DNA of 64,000 nt from Myxococcales bacterium (GTDB lineage Bacteria; Myxococcota_A; Polyangia; Fen-1088): assembly GCA_003158735.1 (NCBI GenBank), contig PMLB01000226.1:687-64686 (forward strand). Reading direction: 5' to 3'. Below the pieces are notes generated by a model, which worked only from the letters and a program-made list of their open reading frames with translations, had not been told where the DNA came from and searched no databases. Positions within the stretch are counted from its first letter, which is position 1, and the number at the start of each line of letters is the position of its first letter. Made by a program: the position numbers and the translations under genes. Shown here piece by piece: positions 35,408 through 43,307 of this stretch.

Positions 35408-37414
35408 ATGAAAGCCGCAAGAAGACTGTCCACCAAGGTGAAGCGACTCTCGCTGCTGTTCGCTCTTGTGTTCGGCCTGGGCCTTTTCGCCGCCAGCCAA
35501 GCGCTAGCCACGGAGTACTACGTGGCCACCACCGGCAGCGATTCGAATCCCGGCACTCTTGCCGCGCCCTTTGCCACCTTGCAGAAGGGGGCCGACACAG
35601 CGGTGGCTGGAGACACCGTCTGGATCCGTGGCGGGACGTACAAAATCACGACGCCCAAAACCAGTGGCGCTGGCATCGAGCTCTCGAAGAGCGGAACATC
35701 GGATACCAACCGCATCAAATACTGGGCCTATCCAGGTGAGACCCCGCTTTTCGACTTCTCCAACCTGCAGATCTCAACCAGCGGCTATACCTTTGGCTTC
35801 GTGATCAGCGGCAGCTGGGTACATCTCAAGGGAATCGAAGAGTGCTGCGTCCCGATGAACAGTTACGCCAACAACGGGTTTGCGAGCGATGGCACCAACA
35901 ACATCTATGAGTTGTTGAACGCGCACAACAACCAAGGCAGCGGGATTCAAATCGGTGGCGGGAACCAAGCCATCAATTGTGATTCGCACGACAACTACGA
36001 TCCGACTTCGCCACAGGGCGATGGGCAGAATGCCGATGGCTTCGGTGTCCACGGCCAGACCAGCGGTCCCAGCACGATTATTAGGGGCTGCCGGGCGTGG
36101 TGGAACTCGGACGATGGTTACGACTTCATCAACCAGGAAGTTCCGGTCACCATCGAAAACTCCTGGGCCTTCGGCGCTGGGTTCGCCAATTACGGTACCA
36201 CCCGGCCCTCATCGGGGAATGGCAACGGCTTCAAGATGGGGAGCAGCAAGACAGGCATCAGGCACCTCATCCAGAACAACGTTGCCTGGGGGAACAAGGC
36301 CAACGGTTTCTATGCCAACCACTCCTCGGGTGGGAATACTTGGTACAACAATACATCGTTCCAAAATGGAACTCAGTACAACATGCTGGCGAGCACGTGG
36401 AGTGAACCCAACGGCAAAGGTACAAGAACGGACGGCGTCAAGCTGACCGGGGACAAGGCCCACATACTGAGGAACAACGTTGGCTATCCTAACAAGAACG
36501 AGTACATGGACGCTGCCACTTATGGGGTCGACAGCCAATTCAACGCTTGGGATCTGAATATCACACCCAAGGCCAGTGATTTCCTTAGCATCACCGATCC
36601 GAGCGTGTCGGGTACGGGACAGGCCATAGAAACGACTTCACCCGCGCTGGGCCCCCGCCAGGCCGACGGCAGCCTTCCGAACGTGGATTTTCTGAAACTC
36701 GCGGCTGGCAGCCAGATGATCGATAAGGGCACGAACGTTCAACTTCCATTTGTGGGTGCGGCTCCGGACCTGGGTGCCTATGAATATGGAGCCACCGGCG
36801 GCACGCCAACCGGCGGTGTCACCGGGGCCGGCGGGACGACGGCGACCGGCGGAGCCACGGGAGCTGCCGGAGCGACGGGAACTGGCGGCAAGAGCGGAAG
36901 CGGCGGAACTACGGGAACCGGTGGCAAGACCGGGGGCGGCGGTGCAACTGCGGCAACCGGCGGGAAGACCGCAAGCAGCAGCGCACCGGGAGCCGGCGGC
37001 AGTCTAGCAACTGGCGGAGTCACGCTCCTCGGTGGCACACCGGGAATCGGTGGCGACACGGGAGCCGGCGGCGTGACAGAAACAGGCGGAACCAGTGGCG
37101 TGGTTGACACCGGGGGCGCGGTCGCACCGGGCGGCGCGGAGAACGGCGGCAGCGCCGTGATCGGCGGAGTTATCGCCACTGGTGGAGTGCCAGGAGGCGC
37201 CGGTGTCACTGCCCCGGTCGAGACGGGGGGAGCGGTGGTCACGGGCGGAACTCCGCAGCCCGGCAGCACAGGTGGCACGACGACTTCGACGGAAGCCGGC
37301 CAGACGAGCAGCGGCTGCTCCTGTCGGATTGCCGGGCGCCAGGCCACGGGTTCCACCGGGTTCGCCCTGCTCGGGCTTCTGGTGTTCGCCCTCCGGCTGC
37401 GCAGACGGCGCTAG
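35408..37414 (+). CDS. PL9-like beta-helix lyase with Gly/Thr stalk and MYXO-CTERM-type tail, copy B
   Basis: Start MKAARRLS after AAAGGAG. Same motifs as copy A. Tail SGCSCRIAGRQATGSTGFALLGLLVFALRLRRRR. Confidence 0.7.
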   Translation: MKAARRLSTKVKRLSLLFALVFGLGLFAASQALATEYYVATTGSDSNPGTLAAPFATLQKGADTAVAGDTVWIRGGTYKITTPKTSGAGIELSKSGTSDTNRIKYWAYPGETPLFDFSNLQISTSGYTFGFVISGSWVHLKGIEECCVPMNSYANNGFASDGTNNIYELLNAHNNQGSGIQIGGGNQAINCDSHDNYDPTSPQGDGQNADGFGVHGQTSGPSTIIRGCRAWWNSDDGYDFINQEVPVTIENSWAFGAGFANYGTTRPSSGNGNGFKMGSSKTGIRHLIQNNVAWGNKANGFYANHSSGGNTWYNNTSFQNGTQYNMLASTWSEPNGKGTRTDGVKLTGDKAHILRNNVGYPNKNEYMDAATYGVDSQFNAWDLNITPKASDFLSITDPSVSGTGQAIETTSPALGPRQADGSLPNVDFLKLAAGSQMIDKGTNVQLPFVGAAPDLGAYEYGATGGTPTGGVTGAGGTTATGGATGAAGATGTGGKSGSGGTTGTGGKTGGGGATAATGGKTASSSAPGAGGSLATGGVTLLGGTPGIGGDTGAGGVTETGGTSGVVDTGGAVAPGGAENGGSAVIGGVIATGGVPGGAGVTAPVETGGAVVTGGTPQPGSTGGTTTSTEAGQTSSGCSCRIAGRQATGSTGFALLGLLVFALRLRRRR

Positions 37415-37626
37415 CGCTTCGGCGTCAGTTTTTCGATTCAGCGGCGGGCAAGCGGGCCCGTCTGCGGGGCAACTTGCGGCTGGGCCAAACTTCCGGTTCG
37501 CGTTAGCCGTTTCGTCGGGCCAGCGCTGACCCGATTGAGGCAGTCCTTTCCCCTATGTCCTTAGGAACTGTCTGTGAGCAGCTGCCCAAGCTGTTGGATT
37601 CCCGTAGCGCACCAAAGGAGCCCTTG

Positions 37627-39615
37627 ATGAAATCCGCAAGAAAGCTGTCCGCCAAGGTTGAGCGACTCTCGCTGCTGTTCGGTCTTGTGTTCGGCCTGGG
37701 CCTTTTCGCCGCCAAGCAAGCACTGGCCACGGAATACTACGTGGCCCCCACGGGCAGCGATTCAAATCCCGGCACCCAAGCCAGCCCCTTTGCCACCCTG
37801 CAGAAGGGGGCCGACACAGCGGTGGCTGGAGACACCGTCTGGCTCCGCGGCGGGACGTACAAGACCACGACGCCCAAATCGAGTGGCGCTGGAATCGAGC
37901 TCTCGAAGAGCGGCACGTCGGATACCAACCGAATCAAGTACTGGGCCTATGCAGGTGAGACCCCGCTTTTCGACTTCTCCAACCTGCAGATAGCAAACGG
38001 CGCCTATACCTTTGGCATCGTGATCGGCGGCAGCTGGGTGCATCTCAAAGGGCTCGAGGAGTGCTGCGTCCCGATGAACACTAAGGCCAACAACGGGATT
38101 GCGAACAACGGCAGTAACAACATTCTCGAGTTGTTGAACGCGCACAACAACCAAGGCAGCGGGATTCAGGTCGGTAGCGGGTCGGGGAACCAAGCCATCA
38201 ATTGCGATTCGCACGACAACTACGATCCGGGTTCACAAAACGGAGGCGGCGCCGGAGAGGATGCCGACGGCTTCGGTGTGCACGGCGGGAGCGGGACCGT
38301 CGGCACCACAATCAGGGGCTGCCGGTCGTGGTGGAACTCTGACGATGGTTACGATTTCCTCAGCGACGAATCTCCGGTCACCATCGAGAACTCCTGGGCC
38401 ATGGGCGCTGGATACTTCAATTATGGTACCGGCTCGGCAGGAAATGGCAATGGCTTCAAGATCGGCAGCAGCAAGACCGGCATCAGGCACACCGTCATGA
38501 ACTGCGTCGCCTGGAAAAATAAGGCAAACGGATTTTACGCCAATCACTCCTCGGGTGGGAACACCTGGTACAACAACACGTCGTTTCAGAATGGAACCCA
38601 GTACAACATGATGGCCAGTACTTGGAGTGAACCCAACGGCGGCGGCACCAGAACGGACGGCGTCATCCTGACGGGGGACAAGGTACACATAATGAGGAAC
38701 AACATCGGGTATCCCAACAAGAACCAGTACATTACCGGGTACGGGGTGGACACGGCATTCAACACCTGGGATCTGAATATCACGCCAGCAGCCAAGGATT
38801 TCCTCAGCATCACCGATCCAAGCCTGACGGTGACGGGTAAGGCCTTGGAGACGGTTTCACCGGCGATGGGACCCCGCCAAGCCGACGGCAGTTTGCCCAA
38901 TGTTGACTTTCTGAAACTGGCTGCGGGCAGCGCCATGATCGACAAAGGCACGAACGTCCAACTTCCATTTGTGGGTGCGGCTCCGGACCTGGGTGCCTAC
39001 GAATATGGAGCCACTGGCGGTTCGGCAACCGGCGGAACGACAGGGGCTGGCGGAGCCACGGGAGCTGCCGGAGCGACGGGAACTGGCGGCAAGAGCGGAA
39101 GCGGCGGAACTACGGGAACCGTTGGCAAGACCGGCAGCGGCGGTGCAACCACGGCCACCGGCGGGAAGACCGCAAGCAGCAGCGCACCGGGAGCCGGCGG
39201 CAGTCTAGCAACTGGCGGAGTCACGCTCCTCGGTGGCACACCGGGAATCGGTGGCGACACAGGAGCCGGCGGCGTGACAGAAACAGGCGGAACCAGTGGC
39301 GTGGTTGACACCGGGGGCGCGGTCGCACCGGGCGGCGCGGAGAACGGCGGCAGCGCCGTGATCGGCGGAGTTATCGCCACTGGTGGAGTGCCAGGAGGCG
39401 CCGGTGTCACTGCCCCGGTCGAGACGGGGGGAGCGGTGGTCACGGGCGGAACTCCGCAGCCCGGCAGCACAGGTGGCACGACGACTTCGACGGAAGCCGG
39501 CCAGACGAGCAGCGGCTGCTCCTGTCGGATTGCCGGGCGCCAGGCCACGGGCTCCACCGGGTTCGCCCTGCTCGGGCTTCTGGTGTTCGCCCTCCGGCTG
39601 CGCAGACGGCGCTAG
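37627..39615 (+). CDS. PL9-like beta-helix lyase with Gly/Thr stalk and MYXO-CTERM-type tail, copy C
   Basis: Start MKSARKLS after AAAGGAG. Same motifs as copy A. The C-terminal about 200 aa are essentially identical to copy B. Confidence 0.7.
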   Translation: MKSARKLSAKVERLSLLFGLVFGLGLFAAKQALATEYYVAPTGSDSNPGTQASPFATLQKGADTAVAGDTVWLRGGTYKTTTPKSSGAGIELSKSGTSDTNRIKYWAYAGETPLFDFSNLQIANGAYTFGIVIGGSWVHLKGLEECCVPMNTKANNGIANNGSNNILELLNAHNNQGSGIQVGSGSGNQAINCDSHDNYDPGSQNGGGAGEDADGFGVHGGSGTVGTTIRGCRSWWNSDDGYDFLSDESPVTIENSWAMGAGYFNYGTGSAGNGNGFKIGSSKTGIRHTVMNCVAWKNKANGFYANHSSGGNTWYNNTSFQNGTQYNMMASTWSEPNGGGTRTDGVILTGDKVHIMRNNIGYPNKNQYITGYGVDTAFNTWDLNITPAAKDFLSITDPSLTVTGKALETVSPAMGPRQADGSLPNVDFLKLAAGSAMIDKGTNVQLPFVGAAPDLGAYEYGATGGSATGGTTGAGGATGAAGATGTGGKSGSGGTTGTVGKTGSGGATTATGGKTASSSAPGAGGSLATGGVTLLGGTPGIGGDTGAGGVTETGGTSGVVDTGGAVAPGGAENGGSAVIGGVIATGGVPGGAGVTAPVETGGAVVTGGTPQPGSTGGTTTSTEAGQTSSGCSCRIAGRQATGSTGFALLGLLVFALRLRRRR

Positions 39616-39827
39616 CGCTTCGGCGTCAGTCTTTCGATTCAGCGGCGGGCAAGCGAGCCCGTCTGCGGGGCAACTTGCGGCTGGGCCAAGCTTCCGGTTC
39701 GCGTTAGCCGTTTCGTCGGGCCAGCGCTGACCCGATTGAGGCAGTCCTTTCCCCTATGTCCCTAGGAACTGTCTGTGAGCAGCTGCCCAAGCCGTTGGAT
39801 TCCCGTAGCGCACCAAAGGAGCCCCTG

Positions 39828-41852
39828 ATGAAATCCGCAAGAAAGCTGTCCGCCAAGGTGGAGCGACTCTCGCTGCTGTCGGGTCTTGTGTTCGCCCTGG
39901 GACTTTTGGCCGCCAAGCAAGCACTGGCCGCGGAGTACTACGTGGCCACCACGGGCAGCGATTCGAATCCTGGCACCCAAGCCAGCCCTTTTGCCACCCT
40001 GAGCAAGGGGGCCAGCACCGCGGGTCCGGGAGACACGGTCTACATCGGCGGAGGAACCTACTATCCCGGCGGTGGCTTCACGTTCTCGAAGAGCGGAACC
40101 TCGGACACCAACCGGATCAAGTACTGGGCCTCCCCGGGTGAGAAACCGGTCTTCGACTTTTCCAAAGCCAGCGGTCATCCCAACGGGTTCACTGTCACGG
40201 GTAGCTGGCTGCATTTCAAAGGAATCGAGATCTGCAATCTCACGGAGGACACCAGCGCCATCAACGCCATAGTGATCAGTAACGCCAGCAACGACATCAT
40301 GGAGTTGATGAACACGCATCACAATGCCGGCAGCGGGATATTCATCAGCCACGGAAGTGGGGGGCACCTGTACCTCAATTGCGATTCGCACGACAACTAC
40401 GATCCGACCTCAGCGCAAGGCGACGGACAGAATGCCGATGGCTTCGGTGTCCACTACCAAGCAGCCGGGGACGGGACCAGCACGACTATCAGGGGCTGCC
40501 GGGCGTGGTGGAACTCGGACGATGGTTACGATTTCATCAACCAGGAATTTCCGGTCACCATTGAAAACTCCTGGGCCTTTGGTTCTGGGTTCTCCAATTA
40601 CGGTGCTGGCAGGCCCGCCGACGGAAATGGCAACGGCTTCAAGATAGGGAGTAGCAAGACCGGCATCAGGCATCTGGTTCAGAACAACGTTGCCTGGGGG
40701 TGCAAGGCCAGCGGGTTCTATGCCAATCACTCCTCGGGCGGGAACACCTGGTACAACAATACGTCGTTCCAAAATGGAACCCAATTCAACCTGCTGGCGA
40801 GTACTTGGAGTGAACCCAACGGCGGCGGCACAAGAACGGACGGCGTCACCCTGACGGGGGCGAAAGCGCACATCATGAGGAACAACATCGCCTTCCCCAA
40901 CAAGAACGAATACATCACCGGGTACGGGGTCGACACCCAGTTCAACAGTTGGGATCTGAATATCACTCCAGCGGCCAAGGATTTTCTCAGCATCGTGGAT
41001 CCCAGCGTCTCGGGGACGGGAGCGACGATAGAGACGACTTCACCCGCGCTGGGCCCGCGCCAGGCAGACGGCAGCTTGCCCAATGTGGACTTCATGAAAC
41101 TGGCTGCTGGCAGCGCCATGATCGACAAAGGCACGGACGTCAAACTGCCATTTGTGGGTTCGGCCCCGGACTTGGGCGCCTATGAATATGGAGCCACGGG
41201 CGGCACCGCAACCGGTGGTGTCACCGGGGCCGGCGGAGCCACGGGCGCTGCCGGAGCTACGGGAGCGGCTGGAGCCACGGGAACCGGCGGAACCACGGGC
41301 GCTGCCGGAGCTACGGGAACTGGCGGCAAGACCGGGAGCGGCGGCGCCACGGTGACCGGCGGGAAGACTGGGAGCGGCGGTGCAACCACGAGAACCGGCG
41401 GAAACACCGGGAGCGCAGGTGCACCGGGAACCGGCGGCACTCCGGGAACGGGCGGGGGCGCGGTACTCGGCGGAGCACCGGGAACCGGTGGCAACACGGG
41501 AGCAGGCGGCGTGACAGAAACAGGTGGAACAACTGGCGTGGTTGACAGCGGGGGCATGGTCCCACTCGGCGGAGCGGAGACCGGCGGCAGCGTCGTCATT
41601 GGCGGAGAAACAGCGACCGGCGGTGTGCCGGGAGGCGCCGGCGACACTGGCCCGGCCGAGACCGGGGGCGCAGCGATCACGGGCGGAACTCCGCAACCTG
41701 GCAGCACGGGCGGCACGACGGGCTCGACCGAAGCCGGCCAGACCAGTGGCGGCTGCTCCTGTCGGATCGCCGGACGACCGGCTACGGGCTCAACTGGGTT
41801 AGCCCTGCTCGGGCTACTCGTGTTCGCCCTTCGGTTTCGGAGAAGACGCTAA
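39828..41852 (+). CDS. PL9-like beta-helix lyase with Gly/Thr stalk and MYXO-CTERM-type tail, copy D
   Basis: Start MKSARKLS after AAAGGAG. This is the most divergent catalytic region of the four. Tail GGCSCRIAGRPATGSTGLALLGLLVFALRFRRRR. Confidence 0.7.
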   Translation: MKSARKLSAKVERLSLLSGLVFALGLLAAKQALAAEYYVATTGSDSNPGTQASPFATLSKGASTAGPGDTVYIGGGTYYPGGGFTFSKSGTSDTNRIKYWASPGEKPVFDFSKASGHPNGFTVTGSWLHFKGIEICNLTEDTSAINAIVISNASNDIMELMNTHHNAGSGIFISHGSGGHLYLNCDSHDNYDPTSAQGDGQNADGFGVHYQAAGDGTSTTIRGCRAWWNSDDGYDFINQEFPVTIENSWAFGSGFSNYGAGRPADGNGNGFKIGSSKTGIRHLVQNNVAWGCKASGFYANHSSGGNTWYNNTSFQNGTQFNLLASTWSEPNGGGTRTDGVTLTGAKAHIMRNNIAFPNKNEYITGYGVDTQFNSWDLNITPAAKDFLSIVDPSVSGTGATIETTSPALGPRQADGSLPNVDFMKLAAGSAMIDKGTDVKLPFVGSAPDLGAYEYGATGGTATGGVTGAGGATGAAGATGAAGATGTGGTTGAAGATGTGGKTGSGGATVTGGKTGSGGATTRTGGNTGSAGAPGTGGTPGTGGGAVLGGAPGTGGNTGAGGVTETGGTTGVVDSGGMVPLGGAETGGSVVIGGETATGGVPGGAGDTGPAETGGAAITGGTPQPGSTGGTTGSTEAGQTSGGCSCRIAGRPATGSTGLALLGLLVFALRFRRRR

Positions 41853-41929
41853 CTGCGACCGGTGCGCAGGCCACATTCCACGGGGCAAAGCAAGGCGCTC
41901 GCTGCTCAAGGCTGCTACACTGCCGGGCT

Positions 41930-43099
41930 ATGCCGGGCTCGCGCAGCGGGCGCCCCGAGGCGCCCTTCCAGATTGCCCAAGTCGACGGGGCCGACGCCAG
42001 CGATCTCTTCGTGCACGCCATTCCTGAGTCGGCCGCCAAGGGTGATCGAGCCCAGTTTCGAGCCATGGCGCAAACCTCCTTGGAGGGTCTGCGTGCCTTG
42101 GGAGCTGTTCCGGCGGACGTGGCGGCCGGCTGGGTGTACTTGCGGGAGCAGCCTTGCTGGAGCATGCGCCACGAGTTGGCCGCGGCTTGGAACGAACCTG
42201 ACGCGGAACGGTTGCCGCTGACTTTCCTGATCCAGCCCCCGGCCGCAGGCCATCGCTTTTGCGAGATGCAGCTGCACGCTTCGCGGCGTCGCTCCGACCG
42301 TTGCAGCGTGGTGTGGAAGGGATCCCTGCCCGGGCCGCTGTGCACCACGGTGTTGCGCGCCGGCGCCCGCCACCTGCGCATGCTGTCGCTGACACCGCGC
42401 TTGAGCACCGGCGGGAACATCGCGCTGGCCGATCTGGCCTACGACATGTTCGCCTCCGCGTCGCATGCGCTCACCGATCGGGGACTCTCCTTCCTCGATG
42501 TGGTGCGGACCTGGATCTACCTGCGGGATATCGATCGCGACTACGCGGCCTTCAACCAAGGCCGCCGACGCTTTTTCGAAGCCGCGGGTCTGGTTCGCTT
42601 TCCCGCCAGCACAGGGATCCAGGCTGCCCTCGCCGGTAGCGGGTACCCCTTGGCCATGGACTTGTACGTGGTAGGTGGAGGCGGCGAAACCACCATCCAT
42701 GCGATGAACCCCGCGTCTATGGGTGAGGCTCGGGACTATGGTTCGTTTTTCGCCCGCGGCTCGCTCTTGCGCGACTCCCGGCACAGCCTGGTATTTCTGT
42801 CGGGGACAGCCAGCATCGATCGGCAGGGGCGCATCGTGGCCCCCGGCGATGCCAACGGGCAGTTGCGCTGCATGCTCGCTCACGCGGCTGGGGTGCTGGA
42901 GCAGGCTGGACTTGGCTTGGCCGACGCCGTGAGCGTGACCGCCTACCTCAAACGGGCATCCCTGCTGTCGGAGTTTCGTGGGGCCGCGCAGGCCGCGGGC
43001 CTGCCGGCATCCGTGCCGACCGCCATTGTGGTCGCGGATATTTGTCGGCCCGAATGGCTGTGCGAGATCGAGCTAGTCGCCGGCCGGCCTCTGGGATGA
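41930..43099 (+). CDS. RidA/YjgF-superfamily protein with tandem YjgF-like halves; FkbO/Hyg5/XanB2-type chorismatase candidate
   Basis: 389 aa. Two RidA-like segments are present: LSFLDVVRTWIYLRDIDRDYAAFNQGRRRFF, and LGLADAVSVTAYLKRASLLSEF…CEIELVA. Size and layout resemble XanB2-type enzymes. Confidence 0.45.
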   Translation: MPGSRSGRPEAPFQIAQVDGADASDLFVHAIPESAAKGDRAQFRAMAQTSLEGLRALGAVPADVAAGWVYLREQPCWSMRHELAAAWNEPDAERLPLTFLIQPPAAGHRFCEMQLHASRRRSDRCSVVWKGSLPGPLCTTVLRAGARHLRMLSLTPRLSTGGNIALADLAYDMFASASHALTDRGLSFLDVVRTWIYLRDIDRDYAAFNQGRRRFFEAAGLVRFPASTGIQAALAGSGYPLAMDLYVVGGGGETTIHAMNPASMGEARDYGSFFARGSLLRDSRHSLVFLSGTASIDRQGRIVAPGDANGQLRCMLAHAAGVLEQAGLGLADAVSVTAYLKRASLLSEFRGAAQAAGLPASVPTAIVVADICRPEWLCEIELVAGRPLG

Positions 43100-43307
43100 A
43101 CCGAAAGCCTGGCGACGGCGATTGGTGCGCTATCACGGTGCGCCACTAGCATTGATAGCCCTACTATACCAGTCGGGTTAGCGCGAAATGTCTTGCGCAA
43201 TTGCTAGGGAATTGCTACTCGCAAAGGGCCACTATCTCGCTCGGGATAGAGTAACTTGGTAATGAAACTCCGCCATCGTCATCTCTGATCGACAAGGAGC
43301 TAAGACC

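Noticed and set aside
37555-37626. In-frame upstream ATG extensions of lyase copies B, C and D (MSLGTVCEQLPK…/MGSVCEQ…)
   Set aside because: The downstream ATG has an AAAGGAG RBS at proper spacing and begins a normal signal peptide. The extension would place 24 residues ahead of the signal n-region. Substitutions between copies in this stretch are non-synonymous.
43100-43307. FNR/CRP-type site upstream of the decahaem gene
   Set aside because: The palindromes TTGCGCAA and GCAATTGC and a TTGAT half-site are present, but no TTGAT-N4-ATCAA match exists. This is too weak to call.
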